DNA from: Andalucia godoyi And28
Taxonomy: Eukaryota > Protista > Jakobida
NCBI GenBank assembly: GCA_009859145.1
Contig: VRVR01000036.1
Location: forward strand, 29,383-93,382
DNA: 64,000 bases
Reading direction: 5' to 3'
Shown here piece by piece: positions 50,401 through 59,688 of this stretch. Made by a program: the position numbers and the translations under genes. Position 1 is the stretch's first letter. Every line of letters begins with the position of its first letter. Below the pieces are notes generated by a model. It made no database searches and was not told where the DNA came from. It saw nothing but the letters and a program-made list of their open reading frames with translations.

Positions 50401-51158
50401 GGTGATGGTGGGACAAGGAGATTGTTACGAATGGAGAGCAAAAGAAGCGAGGCGAGCGCATCGATTCCTGTAATGCGGTCCACAGCCGCGCCGATCACCC
50501 TGTGTGCAACACGAGTCTGCCAGATTCGATAGCACGTTGGTGCGTCCCACTTGACATGAACTCCCGCCGCATGCCATCTTGCTGCAACGTCTCCAGACGA
50601 GTGCGACGTGCTCAGCACTGCTGCTATCCGCGGCCAGTGTGTCCCATGTCGCTCCACTGCAGCCACCATCACCTGCTCAAACTCGCTACCGGACGACGAC
50701 GACGAAAACAATGATGACGGTTGGGGTTGTGGATGGGGTTGCGATGAGGATGATGATGGTGACGACGGCATCTTCTTTGGAATCGCCATAGTCATTTGCG
50801 CGTTTCGTCCAGGAGCACCCATCACTGGGCCAGCCGTTGCTGACGACGAAGCGAGAGACGAGGGCTGATGAATGGCCGTTAGTGTCGATGAACACGTGCT
50901 GCTCACAATCGACGAACTGCCATTATTCCCTTTACTCGTGCTGCTGCTGCTGCTGCTGCTGTTGATCAGTGTCTTGTACCCCAATCCGGATCCGGATCTT
51001 GTCAATATATCAGGTGTCGCTGTCGAAGACGACGATGCAGGTGGCGGTGGCACAGAAGCGGCAGCTGTGCATATTGGGATTGTCAAAGGAACAGACGGCG
51101 GAGGAGAAGGCGATGGAGAAGGCGACGAGACAAACAACATCGAGTCATACTCGCTCAT
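47445..51158 (-). CDS. Large low-complexity protein with degenerate Myb-like repeats (~1237 aa)
   Basis: FEQVMVAAVERHGTHWPRIAAVL...CYRIW and DAWKRVAEGL...TRPIECYARL, interrupted by insertions; the remainder is Ser/Gln-rich. Confidence 0.7.
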   Translation of the reverse strand: MSEYDSMLFVSSPSPSPSPPPSVPLTIPICTAAASVPPPPASSSSTATPDILTRSGSGLGYKTLINSSSSSSSTSKGNNGSSSIVSSTCSSTLTAIHQPSSLASSSATAGPVMGAPGRNAQMTMAIPKKMPSSPSSSSSQPHPQPQPSSLFSSSSSGSEFEQVMVAAVERHGTHWPRIAAVLSTSHSSGDVAARWHAAGVHVKWDAPTCYRIWQTRVAHRVIGAAVDRITGIDALASLLLLSIRNNLLVPPSPHPSSSSSSSSSSSSSSFSCSVTSKNSFENSRSWSVGSVHGEALDAWKRVAEGLAVLAGVKTRPIECYARLVMLCAPTAKCPVCNARTSSSSSSSFSSSSSSSSSSALSGSSSTATTTNTSTASTSSSNRDGIVHSAYYQAVQARRHLNPPNVGLGVGVSTAGDRDGQGHGSGQGEEDTQRPTSPVRKLPRLAGSGASPASFSPFGHSATPANAPGAPNSTAPGVNAVWNSATNAIANGGTDGYTANASTVIQTHGQFLDTVMDWDALHANNPLSTESSCAMSHSSAITHPPSPSDLFMFVSSTECASSVEESFSPMPNPQSQMQMTDGMFNLCPPAVVAGASQPSASLKVPSFQTGSGNVVQKQQKSNAVHAAAKDRDDELSALHGCECGLSKKRALDKAFMIALLDAGNSETRLLSVLWNRFGFEPASTGPSKATEIEEEPVDTRDQGLQDLDRPKVSHADREDVSMFPSVSLSVSAPSSLAVKETGDTPCDFGVSKSIPEDARPAHLGRDDNGDAVELESGLDERAGAMGVVESRCAEGESSKMDRVHSDADADADADAGGMRLDVAVDPNAMPLSPVSSSSSSSSVGIVDDVAQEHHNLLDDIRGEEVLDQKHANREGRSCGSVTSGSVNSACKPESPTAHLDVVHASRRPDETTSHSCGSPADRPDVGDSAPVGVGGVPMPTVSTSMPNVPSPAVDPAAVAMYLLFVQQQQIQQQLQMQQIPSPSPSSSLLQMHQSQFQSQVQHVQPHQQLHLPQHHLLRPVSSSLMSAASSVSQISGGALNASQYSYSIPAMALSMSIPPTPTPTPSCGYNNNGCNGSSGDVTRILMSPQAVVTPSDKWPPYFMPQPQPQHYQQQQMVAVPISMQHVSQQMPMVHSFSPQPPLHPSIPIVHSAQPRHQQQQQHAAYAAGGALAQTHNPVNAHSHAHGGGDDYAAEEAMLQRQVAEQKLRGLENIRDWIASIRETPVYQFAKDRYFMAAK

Positions 51159-51353
51159 TGACCTCAAAATTCGCGGGAACAGCGCAGCAGACCCGAATGT
51201 ACCAAAAGTAGAGGCAAAAAACAAAAAAACAACACACGATTCGATGCTACTCCCTCCACCTTTTCTTTCTCGGTCCTCAAAAAAAGACGGATGCGCAAGA
51301 ACGAGTTTGAAAAATAATAATCAGACACTCTTCTTTGTTACCGAATGAACGAC

Positions 51354-51389
51354 AAAGGGTGTATGCCAGAGAAAGGGTGTATGCCAGAG
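51354..51389. repeat. 18-bp tandem duplication AAAGGGTGTATGCCAGAG x2
   Basis: Exact direct repeat in a divergent promoter region. Confidence 0.85.
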
Positions 51390-52897
51390 AAAGAGTGTCT
51401 GTGTGTGCGTGCGTGCGTGTGTGCGTGCGTGTGAATCAGAGAATGAGCGAAGGAGCGAAGAGGTGAAAAGGAAGGAGGAGAGAGAAGAGAGAAGAGAGAA
51501 GAGAGAAAAGAAGATGTCGAAGAGGAGACGAGAGAGAGAAAAAGAGGAGAGAGAAAAAAATGAAGAAGGACGGAGTGCGAGGAGATGAGAGAGAATCTGA
51601 TGATTTTTTCAACTTGTGGAGACACACGTATGACATGGAAATTGCTTGGGTGAGCGTACGGGCAGATGTTGAGGCGGTCGGATGGAGGGTCAAGGATCGA
51701 AAATCCGTTCTGGGGGAAGGATGGTTGATTTGCCCGGTCGGAGAGCTGAAAGGTTCGTGTGTGACAGCGCAACCCATCATGCAACGTCAACCTTGGGTCA
51801 AGTTTCCAGCCGGCGTGCACCGCACAGCCCCGACGTCCGGGCTGGCTGGAATTTCGGAGAATAAAGCACGAATGGAAAGGCGGAATACTTTCGCGGTTCC
51901 AGATCCACTTTTGTGACTTGTCGCAGTTGAACCCGCTTCCATTTCGGAAAATAGTTTAGCCCCGGTTTTAGACTTTTTTGTGTGCTTTTCCCCGTCGTTT
52001 TCCAGAACCCACTTCCCCCCCCCGGTCTCCGCGCCCAAATCGTTCCATAAAAAACAAAGGGCTCTACAAGAGTTGGCTGTGCACAAAAAATCGGACGGAC
52101 CAAGACTCACTACAACCGCGTGTTGTTTATTTCAGTGGTACAAGCCACCCCCGGGCTGCACGGCCCGCAGGCAAGAGTGCGTGTGTGGCTAATGCGAGTG
52201 CTTATGGTACACGTTCGCAAGCGAGCCTTGCACTCCATGGCTTTCGTTCGCCTGTGCCTGCTGGAACTCGGCGGCTTTCGAGTCAGGCACCTTCTCGTGG
52301 TGCTGCTGCGGATTCGCAAACTCGGTCGGCCGCGCAACTGCGTCGTCATGCATGTAGATCGGGTGATGTTTCTTTCCCATTGTCGCTTGTTCGCCGTCCC
52401 AACTTTCTCTCTCGAGCGCGCGTGTGTTTCCTTTTAACAGGCTGCTTTTTTGCTTTGCTACCTTTTTTTTTTCCTTCGAAAGCAAAACACAAAAAGGAAG
52501 GACGCGTTGTGCCGTATGCAGCAGATGTCCTTTACATCTGTATGCGCTTGGGAAGACAGCCGCAAGGGAAAGGATCACAACTTTTTGTGTGCATGGATCG
52601 AAGTTCAAAATCCGATGTTCGAACTGCAAACGGAGACGTATTCAGGGAGGACAGGGTTGAAATGGAGATGCTAAATGCTTGCGTAGTCCCGCTTGTGCGT
52701 CTGCTCCGACGTCTGCTGGATTTAGCTAGCATGCTCCTGTGCATAAACCGCGTACCAACTGGACGGATGCTCGCTTTCGAGTGCAGTTTAAAGGTCTTTT
52801 TTCACGTTTTTCCTTTCGAACCTCCCCCTCTGCCGTTGTTCGCTGAGGGGTGCATAGGAACAAGAAGAATATTGGACGGGCGGGGGAGATCAAAAAG

Positions 52898-53812
52898 ATG
52901 GATGGCGGGTTGGAGAATGATGATGCGGGGAGGAGCCAGATGGTGCAGGGGGCTCGTAGGGCACGCCGGCCTTCTCAGAAGTGGACGCCTGACGAAGACC
53001 AGCGGCTGATCATTGGAGTACATCTGCATCAGGGTCGGCGGTGGTCCGAGATTTCGCGGCATGTCGGCACGAAAGACAAGGTCGCGTGTTATCAGCACTG
53101 GTTCCGCGTTCTTCATCCGCAGATTTCGAAGACGCGGTTCACGGATGTCGAGTATGCGCGGCTCGCAGTGCGTGTAAAAGCATGTGGCGTGAGTGCGTGG
53201 GTCAAGGTTGCTGAGGGAATGCCGGGTCGCACAGACACTCAGTGCCGGGCTCGATGGCTCGACATCCAAAGAGGCACTCTGGAGTTCTGGAGAACAATCA
53301 GGAGACTCTATGCCGAAAATCACAATCCACACGATCTCGCCTTTGCCATCCAACGCACCACCGGCATCTATTGTGACAATAGAGAGGGCAATGGCAATGG
53401 CAGTGGCAGTAGCGACTTGACCCTCATGAACACGAACAGCAATGATACCACGACTTACAGCATTGCGAGTAGCGAGAGTGGTGGCGGCAATTACTACGAT
53501 TCATCGAATCCGTGCTTGCGGTCTACGTGGAAGCATCGAATGCTGCAGGCTGCAATCTTCTCACAATTCCAACAACACCAGCAGCACCAGCAACTGCAGC
53601 CGCCCATCGCACAATGTCCATTCCCGTACCCGTTTGCATATCCGTATGCGTGTGGGAATTCATACCAGGGAGCGGTGATGGCAATGACCGCTGTGGCCAA
53701 TGCAACCACGATCATGAGTGAGGACGATGCGCAGCCGCGCTTGCCCTTGATGCCCGTTTCGTTTGATTCGATTGTGCGCGAACTGAACATGCAAAGCCAA
53801 CAACATTTGTAG
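52898..53812 (+). CDS. Two-repeat Myb protein, subfamily A (copy 3), ~304 aa (alternative ATG at 52850)
   Basis: KWTPDEDQRL...KDKVACYQHWFRVLHP...GRTDTQCRARW. Confidence 0.92.
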   Translation: MDGGLENDDAGRSQMVQGARRARRPSQKWTPDEDQRLIIGVHLHQGRRWSEISRHVGTKDKVACYQHWFRVLHPQISKTRFTDVEYARLAVRVKACGVSAWVKVAEGMPGRTDTQCRARWLDIQRGTLEFWRTIRRLYAENHNPHDLAFAIQRTTGIYCDNREGNGNGSGSSDLTLMNTNSNDTTTYSIASSESGGGNYYDSSNPCLRSTWKHRMLQAAIFSQFQQHQQHQQLQPPIAQCPFPYPFAYPYACGNSYQGAVMAMTAVANATTIMSEDDAQPRLPLMPVSFDSIVRELNMQSQQHL

Positions 53813-54006
53813 ATTTCCTGTCGTTAAAACAAGATCTATTTCCCCTCTTCCCGTCTGCCACCGGGGCCAAAAAAGAAAAACGAGCATCGTCTATTCGCTA
53901 TGCATCAATATCCACAGAATGGCAAAGTGAATTTGATCGTGTCATGCTAACAAATATCGCCGGTGTTTTATTTATTATTTTTTGCATGTGCCGGATTGTT
54001 CCATGT

Positions 54007-54190
54007 CTTGCCACGTGGGATCCTGCGGTACGCAACACCGAGCGAGACATTGGAGGTGGGGATGGTTTTGAACAAGCAAGCAGCGGATCCCGACGCAAGA
54101 AACCGTCCGCCAGATGTCGGATGGATCGCGCGATTGCAGCGGTGGTGCGCGTAGCATTGATCTTACGAATGCCGAAGTGGGCGCCTTATC
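54007..54190 (+). pseudogene. Possible Fanzor relic (RuvC-I and bridge-helix region)
   Basis: LATWDPAVRNT-ERDIGGGD...RCRMDRAIAAV...EC/KWA resembles ALDPGVRTF...IGxGD...RxRMRRA...ECHxKLA. Confidence 0.4.
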
Positions 54191-55065
54191 CGCTTCCCGG
54201 TACTGCAACGCACTCCAGGTTGCAACAAATGATTGATGATGGATAGTCAGCGACGAGTTGCGTACGAACAGTGTCCAGCGCGGGGGGCGCAGCAGACTCA
54301 AAAAAGAAAAAAGTCACAAAAAAACACAAAAAAGGCTCGGCGATCAGCGCGGATGCTGAGCAGAGGGAAGGTTCCACAGGTACCCATGTCAGCTACACTT
54401 TATGCCAAATTCGCCTAAAATGGTAGCGACGGCTCGCCGATATGGTCGCATGCTTTGGATCCGTTCGACCACATTAGTAGGATGATGGACAGATATGGGA
54501 TCCCGACCTAGGTGGCATGGGCTATCTTTAGCCCCGAACTGTCTGGCAATACCGCTTTCCTTTTACGGACCAAGAGCGTTTCTGCGGACGGACAATCGCG
54601 ACGATCCCCGACTCCATATCTGGCACCGTATACGATCAAAACCCTCCGAAAACAGTTGCACACAGGAACACCGTCGTTCAGCAAACCACCAATACACAAA
54701 AACGAACACATGTGGAACACAAAACGCGCAAAAACACACACACACGCAAAAATAAAATATAAAATAATGCTGATCACTCATCATTCGCGTTTTTACTTTC
54801 CCCCTCTTCGTTCTTTCATTCTTTTCTTTTCTTTTGTTTTTGGTGCGTAATATTTTTTATTTAAATAAGAATCTTTTTTTTAATTTAAATTTCTATTGCT
54901 TCCTGTTTTTGTCGGTTTTTTTTCCCATTTCTTTTTTCGATTTGATCTTGAAAAGGGGAGAACAGCAACGGTGGGCAGTCATACTCTCTCAACTACAACT
55001 CAACATTTCAACATTCGACATTCAAGCAGTTGTGTAATTCCTGAGAGATCTCTGTTAGACGAAGA

Positions 55066-56283
55066 ATGTGGCAAAGACGATCGCGGGACTCGCAAGGCGG
55101 GGCTTTGGTGGACGGAAATGGAAAGAGGCGGCATCGGGCGCATGCAGTGCGATGGACGAGCGGGGATGATGAGCTATTACGGCAAGCCATTGTAAAGTAC
55201 GGAATGGACGGCAACTGGTCGGAAAAGGCAGAGATGGTTGGAAAAGGCAAAACTGCCGACCAGGTGTACCAACACTGGCACCGTGTGCTGTGCTGCACAC
55301 GCACTCCGCTTACGGCTGCTGAAAAGGCGGGAATCCTCCTCATGATCCAGATTTGGAGGGATGCCAAACACTGGACTGACATGGGCCGCATCCTTGGAAA
55401 GGTCACTGGGACTCCCCGGACAGGCATTCAAGTCCGTTCCAAATGGTTCGATCTCGTCTCCAAGTTTCCCTCTTCTTCTTCCGCTTCCCCATCGTCCTCC
55501 TTGTCCTCCAATTCGTCGTCGTCGCCGGCCAATCGCGAATGCGACGAAATTCTATCCAAGCTGTGCAAGCAAGTTGCCCGGAATCTAAAGGCATCCGATA
55601 CATCCTCCTCATCTTCTGCAATGTCATTGCAGAGTCAACAGGAAGAGCTGGAGCACGTGAAGTGCGTGTGTCGTGTCTTTCTGACTGCGGCCGAGGTTGA
55701 CGCAATCGAAACCGAAGTCAACCGTCTCATTCGCCGTGACCAGGTTCAGCAGCATCATCAGCGGCAGCCGTCCTCCACCACAGTGTCGTCGTCGTCGTCG
55801 TTGTTGATGTCATCCACTGGTACCATCGCTGACGCTTTGTCACTTCCGTTGTCATTGTCAGTATCCGTGTTGCCGTGGGGTGGATCCGATGGGGATCCAT
55901 ACAGCGCGAGCCCTGTCTATCGACCAACGCCGCCACCGACAACAGGAACAACGGCCATGGGCTACGAGACTGCGCGCTGCTCAGTTGCCTCCGTGTCTAC
56001 TCTCTGTGACGAGTTACCCCGCACCAGCAGCAGCATGACGATGCTTCCCTACTCGATGCTCAATCTCCTCATGGACGATCACTACATGCACATGCTTTTC
56101 CCATCTTCGACTCGCTCTCAATCTCAGCTCCCTTCCGTATCCGAGATGCAATCACCTATGGAAAACGCAGGACTGCAAATTGATTGGCAGTGCACGGATT
56201 CATCGTCGTTTGTGCTGCAACAGACAATGCTCGACAATGTAGTCCTGCGCATGACCTGCGACCACCAAGTATCCTTCAGTTAG
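55066..56283 (+). CDS. Two-repeat Myb protein, subfamily B (copy 2), 405 aa
   Basis: RWTSGDDELLRQAI...NWSEKA...TADQVYQHWHRVLCC...WTDMGRIL...RTGIQVRSKW. Confidence 0.88.
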   Translation: MWQRRSRDSQGGALVDGNGKRRHRAHAVRWTSGDDELLRQAIVKYGMDGNWSEKAEMVGKGKTADQVYQHWHRVLCCTRTPLTAAEKAGILLMIQIWRDAKHWTDMGRILGKVTGTPRTGIQVRSKWFDLVSKFPSSSSASPSSSLSSNSSSSPANRECDEILSKLCKQVARNLKASDTSSSSSAMSLQSQQEELEHVKCVCRVFLTAAEVDAIETEVNRLIRRDQVQQHHQRQPSSTTVSSSSSLLMSSTGTIADALSLPLSLSVSVLPWGGSDGDPYSASPVYRPTPPPTTGTTAMGYETARCSVASVSTLCDELPRTSSSMTMLPYSMLNLLMDDHYMHMLFPSSTRSQSQLPSVSEMQSPMENAGLQIDWQCTDSSSFVLQQTMLDNVVLRMTCDHQVSFS

Positions 56284-56852
56284 AGTCTAGAGTCTCTCCG
56301 CCGCTGTTTTCTGTACGTATCCCCCTCCGCTCCCTATTTATGCTGCTACTCTTTTATTGTTATTATTCTTAGTTTTTTGTTGTTTCTCCCAATATTCAAT
56401 ACGTACTCGTGCGCGCGCGCGTGTGTGTGTTTGTCATTATCATTATGTCGTCGACGTCGTCTTCTTTTGTTGTTTGTTTTCACATTCATGTCATTGTAGT
56501 TGTATCCAGTATAGATTAAAATTGAGTTACAAGTACTCCTTCAATTCATTCTATTCTTTCTCTTTCTCTTTTTCACTCATTCTTTCATACGTTATCCGAT
56601 GCAGTGAGTAGGCACTCGGCACTGTGATGCGTGTGAAAGTGTGAACGCGACAAGAGACGAGCAAAATAATAATAATAATAATAATAACAGCAAAAGAAAA
56701 AGAAAATCGTGAGGATCTACAGGATCTTTTTGCTCGCCCAAACTGCAACTCTTTACGAGCCCTTTTCCTCTGTTCTTTTCCTTTTGTTTTTCTCTCTCTT
56801 TTTTCGTTTCTTCTTCGTTTCTTGCCTCTTTTTTTTTTCTTCTTCTTCTTCA

Positions 56853-56883
<31 letters not shown>

Positions 56884-57343
56884 AATTACTTTCTTTTCTT
56901 TCGTCTGCTTGCTGCCAGTCTCGGTCTCTCAACACCCCTCTATTCTCTCATTTTCATATCTCTGTTCGAGGCTTTTTGAGGGGTCCTTTCTTTTCTTCAC
57001 GTTTCCTTTCTTCTCGTTTCGTATCGTATACTGCCTGTCGGAAGTCGGAGTTTTCACTCGCGTCAACTGGATCCGTTTCCGGCGATTTCCATAGACCAAA
57101 AACACTGATCCGTGGCTCTGTTGTTTTGCAATTTCTCGTGTCTCGGACCACACGTGACACACACACACACACACACACATTTGCACATATATATATTCAG
57201 TCTATCCTCATTCCACTCCGTCTTTCATTTGTTTTATTTGTTTCTAGTGCTTCTAGTGTTTTCTTCTCTCACCCTAATTAGTTAATTAGTTATCTGCGCG
57301 ATTTATCCTCTCTTTCAGTCTTTTTTTCCGGGCTCCGCAGTAC

Positions 57344-59296
57344 ATGTCTCAGTTTCCCGGCCAAGCACCTCTTTACAATCTACTGTACCAATATAACTCG
57401 CCTGCTCAGTCGTCTGCTTCTCCTGCGATCTCCACAACCACGTCGTCGTCGTCCTCCTCGGCGGCCTCGATGTCGGTGTCGATGCAGCAGGCACAACAGG
57501 CTCCACAGAGAGTGGTTGTACAACTTCCGCGGGGCCATTCGCCGAGCGAAATGCAGCAGGCGCGGCGGTCGTCGTCGAAATGGACGCCCGAACAGGACGC
57601 GCGGCTGCTGTCGGCTGTGCAGATGCTGGGTGAGCACTCGGATTGGCAAATCAAGGCCGCGTATGTCGCGGATGGCAAGTCGGCTGCGGCGTGCTACCAG
57701 CGCTACCACCGCGTTCTGAATCCATCGGTCTCGCGAACACGCTTTTCACAGGCAGAAGCACTGGCGCTGGCACTGTGTGTGAAGATTCTCGGCACGCGAT
57801 GGGCAGCAATCGTCCGCATTCTCGGATCGCTCTTCCCAGAGACCGTGCGCTCGGACATCCAATGCAGGGTTCGCTGGATCGAAATGACGAGAGGAAAGTC
57901 GCCGGAGAATACGTTTCTCAGAGAACGGGTGCTTGTAGAGGCTCTTGGATGTGACGATGCGCGCGCAGCGGTCATCCAGGCTGGACTCGAACCCCAAAAG
58001 GTCGACGCTCTCGTTGACCTCGCTGCAAAAACTCCCGCTGCAGGCGCCATCAGTTCAGGTGGCTCCGGTGGCTCTGGTGGTTCAAACGTCACGAACAACG
58101 GTGTCGCAGCGAGTCTTGCGGCGCTATCCCCGTCGAGTGCTGCTGCGGTCCCTTCTTCTCCCTCGTCGTCTACTGTGGAAAAGAGAAGAGGAAGAAGGGC
58201 ACACTCCTCTCCAAATATCCAAATTCGACCAGGCGATGAGCATGTGAAAAGTGAAAATAGCACAGAAACAGAAATGGAGAATTGCCGAGAAAGAGATAGA
58301 GATAGAGATAGGGACAGGGAAAAGGAGAGAGAAAAGGAAAAGAGAATGGCAGTTGCAAGACAAGGTAGAAGAAAGTCGAATGAGCCGTATACGAGAAACC
58401 GGTCACGGTCGTTTGACTCGACATTATCTGGATCGTCGTTCGTTTCGATGGAAGATGCGCTGTGGAGGTCAACCGGCTCTTCAATGGGGTCTTCCTCTGC
58501 ATCACCCATCTCACAGTATGCACCGCTCCATACTGCCGGCAGCAACATGGATGCTTACTCTACATTCTCGCCGTCTGCTTCGTCGTCGTCCGTTATCAGT
58601 CTGGGCTCTCCTCGAATGGCGCCTATCGCTGCTTCGGCACCAGCTGCTGCGTCTTGCGCTGTGGCTTCGCATCAGCACCACCATCAACAACAACAACAGC
58701 AGCAGCAGTCATCGGCACCTCCTCCAGTTTTTGATCCATGGGCAATGACGTCGTTTCAGTGGCCAGGAAGCCAGCCGTTGCAGATGCCGCTTTCGCAAAC
58801 CCATTCATACTCCAACGCGCATTCACACTGCGATTCGCAGCTGCAAAATCAGCAGAGCGGCACAAGTTCGTCGTCGGCAATGGTACTGAACAGCATGACA
58901 ATGGGACTGCAAGCACCAAATGGGCTCTTCTTTTCACCACCGTTCATGCAACAGAGTCTGCCGTTCCAAAGAAATGCTGCAATGCCACCCATGCAACCTC
59001 TGCTGCAACAACAGCAACTGCTGCAGCAGCAACAACAACAACAACAGCTGTTGCTGTTCCAACAACAGCAGCAGCAGCTTGAACGGCAGTTCCAACAGCA
59101 TGCATTGAGCAGTCCACAACATTCGGCCGTCGGAGACCCATTATTTGTACAGCCTCAGTTACCGAATGTGTCGCACAACGTAGAGGTGGACTGGACGACA
59201 AAACCCGACTTTGTGGCGGACACCATGCTGCCCAATTTGGTTCTCTCGCTTATGCAGGACGATGACCAAGACCCGGACCAGTTGATGGACTTGTAG
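57344..59296 (+). CDS. Two-repeat Myb protein intermediate between subfamilies A and B, 650 aa
   Basis: KWTPEQDARL...DWQIKA...KSAAACYQRYHRVLNP...RWAAIVRIL...RSDIQCRVRW; Gln-rich C-terminus. Confidence 0.9.
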   Translation: MSQFPGQAPLYNLLYQYNSPAQSSASPAISTTTSSSSSSAASMSVSMQQAQQAPQRVVVQLPRGHSPSEMQQARRSSSKWTPEQDARLLSAVQMLGEHSDWQIKAAYVADGKSAAACYQRYHRVLNPSVSRTRFSQAEALALALCVKILGTRWAAIVRILGSLFPETVRSDIQCRVRWIEMTRGKSPENTFLRERVLVEALGCDDARAAVIQAGLEPQKVDALVDLAAKTPAAGAISSGGSGGSGGSNVTNNGVAASLAALSPSSAAAVPSSPSSSTVEKRRGRRAHSSPNIQIRPGDEHVKSENSTETEMENCRERDRDRDRDREKEREKEKRMAVARQGRRKSNEPYTRNRSRSFDSTLSGSSFVSMEDALWRSTGSSMGSSSASPISQYAPLHTAGSNMDAYSTFSPSASSSSVISLGSPRMAPIAASAPAAASCAVASHQHHHQQQQQQQQSSAPPPVFDPWAMTSFQWPGSQPLQMPLSQTHSYSNAHSHCDSQLQNQQSGTSSSSAMVLNSMTMGLQAPNGLFFSPPFMQQSLPFQRNAAMPPMQPLLQQQQLLQQQQQQQQLLLFQQQQQQLERQFQQHALSSPQHSAVGDPLFVQPQLPNVSHNVEVDWTTKPDFVADTMLPNLVLSLMQDDDQDPDQLMDL

Positions 59297-59688
59297 TCGC
59301 ATTGTCGGCCTGCTGCTTTCTTCTCTTTCATTTCCCATTGTATTTTTATTTTTCCATCTCGCTCGTCGTCGTCGTCATCATCATCATCGTGATGGTGATT
59401 GTTTTTGTCTTCGGAGCTACCATTTGCGCTGGATGTCGTTTTCGTGAAGAGGTTCTTTTGATCCTCGTTTCTTGTAACTTAGTGTGATGTCCGAATTTAT
59501 GATTATTTAATGTTACCATTTGCTTTGCTCTGTGTTCTGTTTGTTTTTGTTGTTTTTTGTTGTTTTTTTGGTGTGTCGCACTTTGAGTTGTAAGATTTAT
59601 GCGTGACTTGAGAACGTAGTAAATGCTTCTTCCTTGTATTTTACTTGCGGTATTGTTTGGGCGTCGCGCGGACGGGAATGTAATTGTC

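Noticed and set aside
51820-51900. APTSGL...WKG..RNTF resembling a Fanzor CxxCG...WNGARNIF
   Set aside because: The spacing is wrong and too many edits are needed; not distinguishable from chance by eye.
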